From Thecamonas trahens ATCC 50062 (Eukaryota > Protista > Apusomonadida): DNA of 62,207 nucleotides. Within the stretch, counting starts at the first letter, position 1; each line of letters begins with the position of its first letter. The stretch spans positions 188,100-250,306 of the forward strand of contig NW_013657635.1 in assembly GCF_000142905.1 (NCBI RefSeq), given 5' to 3'. The position numbers and the translations under genes were made by a program. Shown here piece by piece: positions 1-11,510 of this stretch. The notes below the pieces were generated by a model. That model was not told the origin of the DNA. It saw nothing but the letters and a program-made list of their open reading frames with translations, and did not search any database.

Positions 1-2125
1 GGAGATGGCGATCTGGACCTGGCGTCGGCGTCGGTATCTGACAACAAGATTGCGTGGTACGAGAACATCGATGGGGTCGGCAGCTTTGGGCCACAGCAAG
101 TGGTGAGCACTGCAGCGCATGGGGTGCAGTCCGTGATTGCGACTGACGTGGATGGAGATGGCGATCTGGACCTGGCGTCGGCGTCGGCTTCTGACAACAA
201 GATTGCGTGGTACGAGAACATCGACGGAGCCGGGAGTTTCGGGCCGCAGCAAGTGGTGAGCACTACCGCAAGCTATGCGCGGTGTGTAGTTGCGGCTGAC
301 GTGGATGGAGATGGCGATCTGGACCTGGCGTCGGCGTCATCCTCTGACAACAAGATTGCGTGGTACGAGAACATCGACGGAGCCGGGAGTTTTGGACCAC
401 AGCAAGTAGTGAGCACCACCGCAAGCTATGCGCGGTCTGTGCTTGCAGCTGACGTAGATGGAGATGGCGATCTGGACCTGGTGTCGGCGTCGGCTTCTGA
501 CAACAAGATTGCGTGGTACGAGAACATCAACGGAGCCGGGAGTTTCGGGCCACAGCAAGTGGTGAGCACGGCAGCACAGGGTGCAGTGTCTGTGATTGCA
601 GCTGACATGGATGGAGATGGAGATCTGGACCTGGGGTCGGCGTCGGAGCGCGACGACAAGATTGCTTGGTACGAGAACATGGACGGGGCCGGAAGTTTCG
701 GGCCACAGCAAGTGGTGAGCATTGCAGCGGGCAAGTCGCAATCTGTAATTGCGGCTGACGTGGATGGAGATGGAGATCTGGACCTGGCGTCGGCGTCGGC
801 TTCTGACAACAAGATTGCGTGGTACGAGAACACCGACGGGGCCGGGAGTTTCGGGCCGCAGCAGTGGTGAGCACGACAGCGCTTCTGACAACAAGATTGC
901 GTGGTACGAGAACACCGACGGGCCGGGAGTTTCGGGCCGCAGCAGGTGGTGAGCACGACAGCGCATGGGGCGCAGTCTGTAATTGCGGCTGATATTGACG
1001 GAGACAGTGACATGGACCTGGCGTCGGCGTCGGCCTCTGGCGACAAGATTGCGTGGCACGAGAAGACTGATGGGGTCGGGTGTTTCGGGTCGCAGCAAGC
1101 GGTGAGCACGGTAGCACAGGATGCGCAGTCGGTGATTGCGGCTGACATTGATGGAGATGGCGATCTGGACCTGGCGTCGGCGTCGTCCGTTGACAACAAG
1201 ATTGCGTGGTACGAGAACACCGACGGAGCCGGGAGTTTCGGGCCGCAGCAAGTGGTGGTCAGCAGTGCAGCGAATGGTGCGCGGTCTGTGATTGCAGCTG
1301 ACGTAGATGGAGATGGCGATCTAGACCTGGCGTCAGCTTACTCGAACACCATTGCGTGGTACGAGAACAACGACGGAGCCGGGAGTTTCGGGCCGCAGCA
1401 AGTGGTGAGCACGGCAGCACAGGGTGCAGCGTCTGTGATTGCAGCTGACGTAGATGGAGATGGGGATCTAGACCTGGCGTCGGCGTCGGCCTCTGACCAC
1501 AAGATTGCGTGGTACGAGAACACCGACGGGGCTGGGGCCTTTGGGCCGCAGCAAGTGGTGAGTACGGCTGCGGACGGTGCGCGGTCTGTAGTTGCGGCTG
1601 ACATAGATGGAGATGGGGATCTGGACCTGGCATCGGCGTCGGTCTCTGACAACAAGATTGCGTGGTACGAGAACATCGACGGGGCTGGGGCCTTTGGGCC
1701 GCAGCAAGTGGCGAGTGCGGCAGCACAGGGTGCAGCGTCTGTGATTGCAGCTGACGTAGATGGAGATGGCGATCTAGACCTGGCGTCGGCGTCGTCCGTT
1801 GACAACAAGATTGCGTGGTACGAGAACACCGACGGAGCCGGGAGTTTCGGGCCGCAGCAAGTGGTGAGTACGGCTGCGGACGGTGCGTGGTCTGTAGTTG
1901 CGGCTGACATAGATGGAGATGGAGATCTGGACCTGGCATCGGCGTCGATATCTGACAACAAGATTGCGTGGTACGAGAACATCGACGGAGCCGGGAGTTT
2001 CGAGCCGCAGCAAGTGGTGAGTACGGCAGCGTATAGGGCGCAGTCTGTAATTGCGGCTGACATTGATGGAGATGGCGATCTGGACCTGGCGTCAGCTTAC
2101 TCGAGCACCATTGCGTGGTATCCGC
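1..2125 (+). repeat. Coding tandem array of ~153-nt (51-aa) FG-GAP-like units, ~14 copies in the window
   Basis: gattgcgtggtacgagaac and ggagatggcgatctggacctg recur at ~153-nt spacing; one truncated unit at ~860-925. Confidence 0.95.
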
Positions 2126-5100
2126 GACGTACTCGTAACGCGTTCTCTCCACTTCCCGACCCCCGTATTGTCCCTTACTCGCCCACCATGCCCGACTGCC
2201 TCACAGCCACCAGCTGTCTCCTTGCCAACTTGCAGCGCTTGTCTTTGTGCGTGCAAGACACACTGCTCTTGCCACCGGGCACCTTTGCATTTCGTCGTAG
2301 AGGCTCTTACTTTACGATGTCGAGACCCGCCACCATCGCGGCGTCCGTCCCGGGCACTGTTGTGCTGAACGCGACGGCCGCCCGCGTACGTGGTGGCGTG
2401 CTGTTCAATGTCCAGCCACCGCCCAGCATGCTTCCGCCGGCCACATTGAGTCTCGTCAACATCACGATCCTGAACATGGGCTCAGGCTCCGACTCTATCG
2501 TGGCAGCTCAAGGCCTCCGGGTCACTGGATCCGGTGCCGTGCTGGAGCTTGAGAACTGCGTCATCAAGTCGTCCACCGCCGACACAGCCATCACTCGATT
2601 TTTGGTCAACCCGGGCCTGGGCGGCGCCATCGCTGTTACCAACGGTGGCACCCTGCTCGCCCGCAACACCACCTTTGAGCACTGCTCCGCGTCGATTACA
2701 GGCGGTGCTATTGTTGTCGACTTTGAAGACTCGATTGCCCGCATTTCCGGTGGTGCCCTGATCGACAACTCGGCTGCCACGCACGGTGGCGCTATTGCAG
2801 TCATCAACGGTGGTCGTCTCGAGCTCGACGGAGTCCGCTTCGAGTCCAACGTCGCCGAGCTGGGAAGCGGGGGCGCCATCTACACCGATGCCAGTGCCCA
2901 TGTAACCATCAACGACGCGGTGGTCATCAACAACGTCGCCACGCTGGGTGGAGGTGTCTTTGTGTCGCCGGCCACTTCCCTTTTCGTTTCACGCGCCACC
3001 CTCTATCACAACTCGGCGCGCGACAGTGGTGGTGGCATTTATGTGAGTCGGTCAGGTAGGCTCACCGCCATGTCCACCACGCTGAACGCCAACTCTGCCG
3101 CCAATTTCGGCGGCGGCATTGCCCTCCGTCCTAGCGATAACGTCACCCTCGACGACTGCACCCTGTCTGCCAACACCGCGGCCATCGGAGGAGCCATTGC
3201 CATACTGGCCGAAAACCACAACATCGATGCAATCAGCTCGACTTCTCACCTTCGTGTGAGCACAGTTGATCCGCATCCCCTCGCCCCTACCGCCATTTTG
3301 ACCAACACAGTCCTGAGTGGCAACCACGCAAACCGCGGCGGTGGCATCTACGCCTGCGATGGGCTCCTCTCGATCGCGGGGCCGCACACCGTCTGGACTC
3401 GCAACACGGCCACTGTCTCTGGCGGCAAGGATACAACGTCAAGAGACGCTTTTCTTTGTCTCCCGGCGCCTCCGTTTGGGTTCCTCTTCGACCGCGCCAG
3501 CACGTCTGGCATCCCGTGGCTCTCGTTTGACTCGGTTGCCTTTGCACAACTGTCGTCGGCTGCCATCGCCACGCCCCCGGCCGAACTCGAAGCGGTTGTC
3601 ACTCCACCAGCCACGCTCCCCGTGGGCGAGCCACTGTTCGGCACTGTCGCCCTCCGCGACGCCTTCTTTAATCGCGTCACGTATCTTGATGTTCTGGTCC
3701 GTCCCTCGATCGACACGACGCCGAATCTTGCTGATCCTCTCGTCCCCGATGACTTTTTTCGAACAGCGAGGCCGAGTTCAGCAGCTCACCGCTCAGTGCC
3801 CTCAACGCAACAAGCGAGCTGCCAGTTATCTCGTGGACGGTCAGCATCCCAGCACCATCGACGGCGTTTCACATCGAACCTTTGTCAGGCAGGACGGCCC
3901 TTGTTCCGGCAGATTGTGACCCGGGGACCTACCAGGCGACCGGCGGTATTTGCATCACATGCTCAACCGCCGAGTTCTCCACCGTTGTCAACGCTGCCAA
4001 CTGCACACGCTGCCCAATCCGCACCACATCGCCTGTCGGCTCCGCCAGCCTTGAGGCCTGCACCTGTGTTGTCGATTCCTACGCCCTCTCTCACCCTGTC
4101 TCGCCTGAGATTGGTTGCGTGGTGTGTCCGTCGGGCGCGATCTGCGCTGGTGCAACCTCTCTTCCGCGCCCGGCACCTGGGTTTTACTCGTCGTCGTCGC
4201 CGATCGAGTTCATCGCGTGTGACAAGTCTCCGACGGAGGCCGTGCGCCGTTGTCTCGGCGACGACACGTGTGTGTCCGGTCGAAGTGGCCGTCTCTGCTC
4301 GCACTGCGCAGCGCAGCACTACGCAGTCTCCAACGGCGAGTGCAAGGTCTGCCCGGCAATGACCGGTCCGGCCCCAGTTGTGATCACCACCCTCATCCTG
4401 CTTGGAGTTGCCCTGCTCCTTTTTCTCATCCTACTCCAGCGAAGGACGGCGTCCTCCGCTTCCATGCTCATCTCCGCGCAGTCCTACGGCGCGCTGACCG
4501 GCACCGAGCCATGTCACATGCTCCGACAGACGCTGCGGTGGGCCCGGGTGCTTTGGCAGGAGATCTCGCTGGCGATGCTGGAGATTGGCCTGCTCCTCGC
4601 GCTTGCGCTGCTCGGTCTCCGTGAAACATTCGAGTTTGTAGTTCTCGGCCTCGGCCTCTCGGCCTTGATCACCTACCTTGTTGTGGATCGCGTCCGTGCT
4701 GTCCACACGTCCTCAGCCTCGCGGCGCCGCAAGAGCGCTCTCGCGCTCTCCGTTCCACTCGACGATGTAGCGGGGTATGCTCTTTACCGCTCGTCATCGT
4801 CATCATCATCGTCGTTGTCGAACGGGGGCGAGCCAGGTACGGCTCTTGCCGCGAGCACAGTTGTGGCCCAACCTGAGTCGGGAGATGAGATGCACTTTTT
4901 GAGGCGGTTGTCAAGACACTGGTGGTCCACTTGCAGACACTGGCTGCGCTGGTGGGTGTCTACGATCAGGTCCAGTGGACCAAGTCGATGGAGCTTGTCG
5001 CCTCGCTAGTCTCGCGGGCGACACTGCAGGTGACCGGCCTCGAGTGCAACGGCATCGGTTTTGCAGGGGAGTACTATCTCTTCTTATTTCTTCTGCCCAT

Positions 5101-5887
5101 GCTTCTTGTGGCGCTAGTTGTCGCTGCTGTTGCCGTCCGGATCCTCCTCGCGTCGACCGGAAGCACCAGTCAGAGTGCCGTTGTGGCCAGCACGGCGCAG
5201 TCCTGGCGGGTGCGTGCACTGGTGACAGCGACGGGCAAGTACGCGCTCATCACGTTCTACTTTTTCGTCTTTCCCATCGCATCCAAATCGCTGGCCATGT
5301 TTGCATGCGTTCCCGAGAATGTCACCCGTCCGCGTGCGTCGTATCTCGCCTCTGCGCCGTGGATAGTGTGCTGGCGCGAGCGCCATGTCCAGCTCGCAGT
5401 GGTTGCTGCATGCGTGCTCGCAATGATGGCGGGCGCATCGATTGTAGTTGCGGCTCGAATGCGGCAGGCCATCGCCGACAGAGGAGTTGCCTCGACTTGC
5501 ACCTTCCTCTACGCCGGCTTTACCGCAAAGGCGTGGTGGTTTGAGGGCGTGGTGCTCGGGCGGCGACTGGCTGTTGCAGTGTTTGCTTCCATCCTGCCGC
5601 GCAGCTCGGTCTTTGTTGGGCCGATGCTTCAGTGCGTGCTGCTGGCATACTTGCTGGCCTTGCTTCTTGTCCGGCCATACCGTTCCCGGCTTGCGCTGCA
5701 GCTGGAGATGGGAGCAGCGGCGATGGCTCTCGTATCGCTCATGCTAGTGTCGAGCATGGCCGAAACGGGCGAGACGGCATCATTGGCGCTGATGACGCTC
5801 ATGTTTATTGCCGGCAACGGATGTGTAGTCCTTGCTGGTGCCGCCGCGCTCTTCATGCCCATCATCCAAGCCTTCCGCATGATGTAA
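1..5887 (+). CDS. Large surface protein, 5'-partial: FG-GAP/VCBS repeats, GGAI beta-helix (Pmp/pectin-lyase-like) repeats, Cys-rich TNFR/ephrin-receptor-like repeats, multi-pass TM domain
   Basis: Joins ORFs 100-870, 901-~3759, ~3760-4900 and ~4900-5887. Motifs: DVDGDGDLDL repeats, GGAI..N motifs, CDPGTY..CxxC, KTLVVHLQT, FLYAGF..WWFEGVVLGRR and LVRPY. Frame breaks at ~860-925, T6 3754-3759 and T5 4896-4900; adding one T at each run restores continuity. Stop TAA 5885-5887. Confidence 0.85.
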
Positions 5888-6019
5888 ATGGATACCCATG
5901 TTGGTCATCACAGCCGCAATGAGCGAGGAGGGCTTTGGCAGTTGGGCTGAGCCGTCTCCTGCGCCACTCGCTCCACCCAACCACCCAGATTGGGTACACT
6001 CGACTCGAGCTGACCGACC

Positions 6020-6523
6020 ATGGCAGGTGTGAGCACGACGTGTCCGAAGGTCCTGTTTGTGTGCCTGGGCAACATCTGCCGGTCGCCGCTGGCACAGGGA
6101 GTCATGGAGGCCGTGGCCCGTGAGGCCGAGGTTGAGCTGGTGGTCGACTCTGCCGGAACTGGGGCATACCATGTGGGGGAGGCACCCGATCCGCGTGGAC
6201 AGGCGACGGCGAAGCGGCATGGGCTGGATACCTCGGGCCAGCGGGCGCGGCAGGCGACCAAGGCTGATTTTGATGACTTTGATCTCGTTGTGGCCATGGA
6301 TCGCGACAACTACGCCCATCTCCGCCGACTCGCATCGGCCGACATGGTTAAGGCCAAGCTCCGCACCTTTATGTCGTATGTGCCTGAGGATGGCCGCAAG
6401 GACGTCCCAGACTGCTGGTACGCCGACGATCCGGAGGAGTCGTTCGAGGATGTGTACTCGGTCTTTGTCCTCGGCTGCCCACGCATCCTGGACGAGCTCC
6501 TTGCCTCCCGTGCATCGTCGTGA
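6020..6523 (+). CDS. Low-molecular-weight protein tyrosine phosphatase (LMW-PTP/ACP1 family)
   Basis: P-loop VLFVCLGNICRSP, DSAGTGAYHVG..PDPR, and DVPDCWY in place of the canonical DPYY loop. Confidence 0.95.
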   Translation: MAGVSTTCPKVLFVCLGNICRSPLAQGVMEAVAREAEVELVVDSAGTGAYHVGEAPDPRGQATAKRHGLDTSGQRARQATKADFDDFDLVVAMDRDNYAHLRRLASADMVKAKLRTFMSYVPEDGRKDVPDCWYADDPEESFEDVYSVFVLGCPRILDELLASRASS

Positions 6524-7088
6524 CCGCCAGCAGTCCGAATCGGATAAACCGGTAGTGTGAGCGCAAAGGGTAGGATTCTGTAGTGCGGTCAATACCCAGG
6601 CTCCATCGGGGGGATTTCCTGATGTGTGTCGTGCTGGACCTCATGGCTGCTCCTCGTTGTCTTCACCCTCTCCAGCCACTATCTTTGCATTTTGATCGGC
6701 GATCAAGCCTCTGTGGCAGCTAACCCTCCACTCCCTCCCCAACCCGACCCATCTGGCACTCATCGGCTTCATCCTTCCACTCTCCACCAGATCCATACCC
6801 ACACCCAACCCTCACCGACCCCCATCTCCAACTCGCTACCTCTACTCCTCCCTCTGATGTCGGGAAAGAGGCCACAACGTGCCCACCACCGGCGACAGGC
6901 GACGCTTCACGAATGCGACTCGATCGACCGAGTCAGAGGGGTAGAGAGGAAGGGGGGGGGGGGGCACCGCGGGTAAGACCGACAGACTCGACTTGTAGAC
7001 GCATCACCTCGTGAGAGAGAGAAAGAGTGGTGCAGTGGACGTAGACTGGTGATCTTGTTCTGGACTTGTCTATCTTGTGTGCTGAGAG

Positions 7089-9360
7089 ATGTTTCGTCTG
7101 GTCCTTGCTCGGCTGGCGCCACGACTGGCGGCGGTGGTCACGGTATGTGAGGGAGAGGGGGGGGAGGGGGGGGGATCGATCGAAATAGACGGAACCACTC
7201 ACTCACTGCTCCCATCTTCATCTTGCGTACACTTGCACCCGAATCCCACTCGGTCACCACCCGAATCCCACTCGGTCACCACCCGAATCCCACTCGGTCA
7301 CCACCCGAATCCCACTCGGTCAGAAGACAACCAAGACGAAGAGAGCGGCAGCTGCGGCTGCGGCTGCGGCAGCTGCGGCGGGATCGACGGCGGTGGTGGC
7401 AGCGTGGTGCTCGGGTGAGACCGAGACACCGCCGCCGGGCTCATCGGGCTCGTCGGGCTCGTCGGGCTCATCAGGCTCGTCGCCATCGGCTGAGACGGTG
7501 GTGGTCGGCATTGATCTGGGGACGACCAACTCGTGCGTGGCGGTGTGGCGCGGCGGCAAGGTTGAGGTCATTCCAAACGAGGCTGGCGGGCGGACGACGC
7601 CGTCGGTTGTGGCCTTCACCGACAGCGAGCGCCTGGTGGGCGCCGAGGCTGTGGCACAGGCGCCGCGGAATCCGGCCAACACCGTGTACGACGCCAAGCG
7701 GCTGATCGGGCGGGCGTATACCGACGCGGTGATCCAGGACGACTTGGCGACGTGGTCGTTTGCGGTCAAGGCCGGACGCGATGGTGTTCCGCTCATCTGT
7801 GTCGACTACCTCGGCAAGCCGCGCGAGTTTACGGCGCAGGAGATCTCGGCCATGGTCCTTGCACGGATGAAGGAGATTGCCGAGGCGTATCTCGGCCACG
7901 AGGTGGTGCGGGCGGTGGTCACCGTGCCGGCGTACTTTAACGACGCGCAGCGCAAGGCGACCGCGGACGCCGGCACCATTGCCGGGCTCACCGTCGAGCG
8001 GATCATCAACGAGCCGACGGCGGCGGCGCTGGCATACGGCCTCGATGCCGCCACACCGGCAGGCGACGCCGAGAACCACGTCCTGGTCTTTGACCTTGGC
8101 GGCGGCACCTTTGATGTCACGCTCCTCACGATCGACAATGGGCTGTTCGAGGTCAAGGCGACGGCCGGCAACACTCATCTCGGCGGCGAGGACTTTGACA
8201 ACAAGCTCGTCGACTTTCTGGCTTCTGAGTTTGAGCGCAAGTACTCGCGGAGCGTCCGCGGCAACGCCAAGGCAATGCGGCGGCTGCGGGTGGCGGCCGA
8301 ACGGGCCAAGCGGACGCTTTCGTCGGCGAACCGCGCGGCAATCGAGATCGACTCGCTCGTCGACGGCATCGATTTTGACACTTCGATCACCCGCGCGCGG
8401 TTCGAGGATCTCTGCGGCCAGCTCTTCCGCGAGTGCCTCGAGCCGGTGGCGCGGGTCCTCGACGACGCCGGCGTGGCCAAGTCGGCCGTCCGCGACATTG
8501 TGCTCGTCGGCGGCTCGACGCGGGTGCCCAAGATCCAGGCCCTGCTCTCGTCGTACTTTGGCGGCAAGGAGCTGTGCAAGTCGATCAATCCCGATGAGGC
8601 CGTCGCCTACGGCGCTGCAGTCCAGGGCGCCATCCTCGCAGGCGTCCGCGACTCGAAGCTCGGCGACATTCTGCTTGTCGACGTCACGCCGCTCTCGCTC
8701 GGCCTCGAGACCGCCGGCGGCATCATGACCGTCCTCGTCCCGCGCAACACTCCGGTGCCGACCCGGGTGGAGAAGACGTTCACCACCCACGCACCGCGGC
8801 AGACCTCGGTCACCATCAACGTGTTTGAGGGCGAGCGCGCGCTGGTCGCCGACAACCACCCGCTCGGCTCGTTCTCGCTCTCGGGTATTGCCCCGGCGCC
8901 GGCCGGCGCGCCACAAATCGACGTCCGCTTTGCCGTCGACGCCTCGGGCATCCTCTCGGTCCGCGCCCTCGATCGCGCCACCTCGGCCGAGGAGACCATC
9001 ACCATTGACGCACACTCACGCGGCGCACTCTCACCCGACGAGCTCGAGCGCATGGTCGCCGAGGCTGCGCAGTTTGCAGCCGCCGACGCCGCCGCCCGCG
9101 AGCGCGTTGCCGCCCGCAACGCTGTCGAGCGCTACGCCTTTGACACCAAGGACCGCCTCTCGGCGGCTGCCGGCGCTGACGGCGTCGGCGAGGCCCTTGT
9201 CGCCGTCGACAACACCCTCTCGTGGCTTGACGCCAACTCGGCCGCCGAGGTCGACGAGGTCGAGGCCAAGGCCGACGAGCTCCGCACTGTGGTTGAGCCT
9301 GTCCTCCGCAAGATCAACGAGAACGACAGCGGCAGCGAGAGCAACGCCAGCGACGAGTAA
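7089..9360 (+). CDS. HSP70: Hsp70, cytosolic-type sequence with an N-terminal extension; exons 7089-7142 and 7324-9360
   Basis: GIDLGTTNSC, TVPAYFNDAQR, DLGGGTFDV and SINPDEAVAYGAAVQ. The ORF track starts at a GTG; a phase-0 GTATGT...CAG intron joins ATG 7089 in frame. Confidence 0.93.
7143..7323 (+). other. Predicted spliceosomal intron (181 nt) of Hsp70
   Basis: Donor GTATGT, G-runs, branch-like CACTCAC 7196-7202; the first downstream AG is 7322-7323 and splicing there restores the frame. Confidence 0.8.
7236..7323 (+). repeat. 22-nt tandem repeat x4 (cacccgaatcccactcggtcac)
   Basis: Copies start at 7236, 7258, 7280 and 7302; the last ends CAG instead of CAC. Confidence 0.95.
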
Positions 9361-9421
9361 AGTCAAGCACCATGGCTGCAACGATGTTCATTGTGTGCAT
9401 CCTCTCAAAAAAACGCCAGCC

Positions 9422-10793
9422 TTACGCGTAGTTGTTCGAGCGATCGTAGGTGGTGCCCGAGGCGCCGCCGGCAGTGTACTGGTTCTCGGCCTGGACAGTC
9501 TCCTTGGTCGGGTAGTAGGCCGGGAGCGAGGAGCCGGACGAGTGCTTCTTGATCATGAAGAAGGCAGCGGCGATGGCGATGGCGGCAAAGACGGCGACAC
9601 CAATGATGATGCCGATGACAAGGCCGGCGGTCTCACCGGCCGAGCGGCCGGACGGCGACGAAGTCGTCGCGCCAGGCAGCGGCTGGCCGCCCTCCTTGAA
9701 CTCATACTCGGTCGGGTCGTTCCCGAGCTTGAGCTCGACAAGGGTGAGGTCGAGGTCGTCAAGCTTCTCGTCGTCCTGCAGGAACATGTTGCGGAGCTTG
9801 AGGATCTCCGGCTCGGGCGACGAGCCATCCTGCGCCGCCGTAATGGAAAAGTAGACGCGCGAGTTGCCCTTGGAGCGCAACTCTTCCGACCGGTCGTAGA
9901 GGATGCGCGAGGTCGGGAGACCGAGCACAAAGGCAATGTTAGCCGTAAAGGTGTTCTGGTTGACGTTGAGGCCCTTGACCTCGAGCTCGACCGTGATCGG
10001 CGCCGGCGCCTCCTCGCAGGTGATGCCGTCGCCGATGTAGCCGACACGGCAGGCGCACGTCCGGGTGCCGCCAGTTTGCGCCGGCGTGCACGTCGCGTTG
10101 GCGTGGCACCCACCGTTGGCGGTCTGCAGGCACGGGTTGTTGGCCGGCGGCGCCGTGATGGTGACCCACGCGCAGTCGTACCAGCTGGCGCCACTAGTCG
10201 GCGTCCAGTGGAACTGGAGCGCCGCCGTGGCATCCGCCGAGAGGTTAAAGTCCGGCACCACAAACGACGCCGACTGCGCCGTCGAGACGGTCACGTCCAT
10301 CAGAGCTTTCGAGATGACCTCGATGATGTCGTCGCCGTTCGCCTCAAAGTCGGCGGGCTGCGGGTTGGTCTTGCCGCCAGCAGGAAGCGAGAGAGTAAAG
10401 TCGACTGCGTTGCTCGTGTCTCCATGGTTGTTCGCCCGCTTGTACTGAACCACCACCGTCTGTCCGGTCGTCCACGTCGCCACTGGGGTGACAGAGCCAG
10501 CCTTACCACACGGGCCCGACGTCGATGCGTTGCCCGAGCCCTGTCCGCCACCGGACCGCGGGACCGGGTCCATCATCCACCCGTGGCCATTGGCCATGCC
10601 AATAACGTAGTTGAGCAGCACCACACAGAGAAGAACTCGTGCTCCAATCTGTACACATCCGCAAGGTTTCCATGTGAGTGTGTGTGTGCGTGGGGGGGGC
10701 ATGTGTGTCGGCCCTCGGTCCGTCTCGGACCAGAAAATTGCTCCGAACACCCCCCAATGGCCACCTCCTCCGCCATCACCCGCCGCACCCCAT
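9422..10793 (-). CDS. Type I membrane protein: signal peptide, LPMO-like/His-brace copper-binding domain, EGF domain, stalk, TM helix, short tail; 5' exon uncertain
   Basis: Hydrophobic VLLCVVLLNYVIGMANG followed by HGWMMDPVPR, GPCG, NNHG, LQFHW and WYDCAWVTI; EGF NPC..NGGCHANATC..CACRVGYIGDGITC; TM GLVIGIIIGVAVFAAIAIAAAFFMI-KK. Acceptor at 10649-10650. The candidate micro-exon (ATG 10793, donor GTGCGG) is one base short of frame. Confidence 0.8.
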
Positions 10794-11417
10794 GAGCCCG
10801 GCCGGTCGCTACAAAGCAAGTATTGACATGCTTGGAAGCTTAAAGGTGGGGAAAGCACTCGAGAATACCATAGTGCAGGTTGGAGGGTACTTTGTGGACG
10901 TGCATGCACATAGTGACAGGCCAAAGGGAAGGCGGAGGGGAGGGAAGGTTGCAGGGTGGCGGCACGCGTGTGGCTTGGGAAAAGGGGGGAAACAGAACCG
11001 AACCGTCGTATGGGTAAACAATAAATTCAAGGGAGAGCATTGATTAAAAGCAGGGCGAGTGGCGGCGGGAAGTGGTCGGTCGGTTGGCTGGCGGCTTCTT
11101 CTTCGCCAGCCACCAAAAAACCAGCCCAACCGCCCGCCGCAGCAGACGAACATGGGCCATGCGCTGTGCATAGAGGGGGGCTGTGGGCAAGGTAGAAAGA
11201 GACAGAAGACATCATGGTATGTGTCGGTATGTGTAGAGTGGTTACGTACCATGCTGAAAAAAAAGAGAGAGAAGAGAATGACCTTGCCCTTGCCCTTGAC
11301 TCCTCCTGTCCGTCACCTCGGACTTGGCAACCATTTCCCCCTCGACCACCTACAATTCACGTGCCTCCCCGAAAGTGGCGAACAGCAGCGGCCCAAAGCG
11401 CTGCGATCGTCTCCTCC

Positions 11418-11510
11418 GCCGCCAGCCGCCAGCCGCCAGCCACTGCCGTCCGCCAGCCAGCCGCCAGCCACTGCCAGCCGCCAGCCACTGCCAGCCATTG
11501 CTGCCAGCCG
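11418..11510. repeat. Imperfect gccagcc(g/act) minisatellite in a divergent intergenic region
   Basis: Repeated gccagcc heptamer core. Confidence 0.8.

Noticed and set aside
3750-4905. Programmed -1 frameshifting at U-runs
   Set aside because: The runs are not phased as X XXY YYZ heptamers, and similar breaks elsewhere involve G/C runs in both directions; sequencing error is simpler.
7471-10795. Long antisense/alternate-frame ORFs (7471-9015, 8825-10795, and similarly 12836-14581, 46010-47437)
   Set aside because: Shadow ORFs expected at high GC3; Arg/Pro-rich with no motifs, overlapping well-supported genes.
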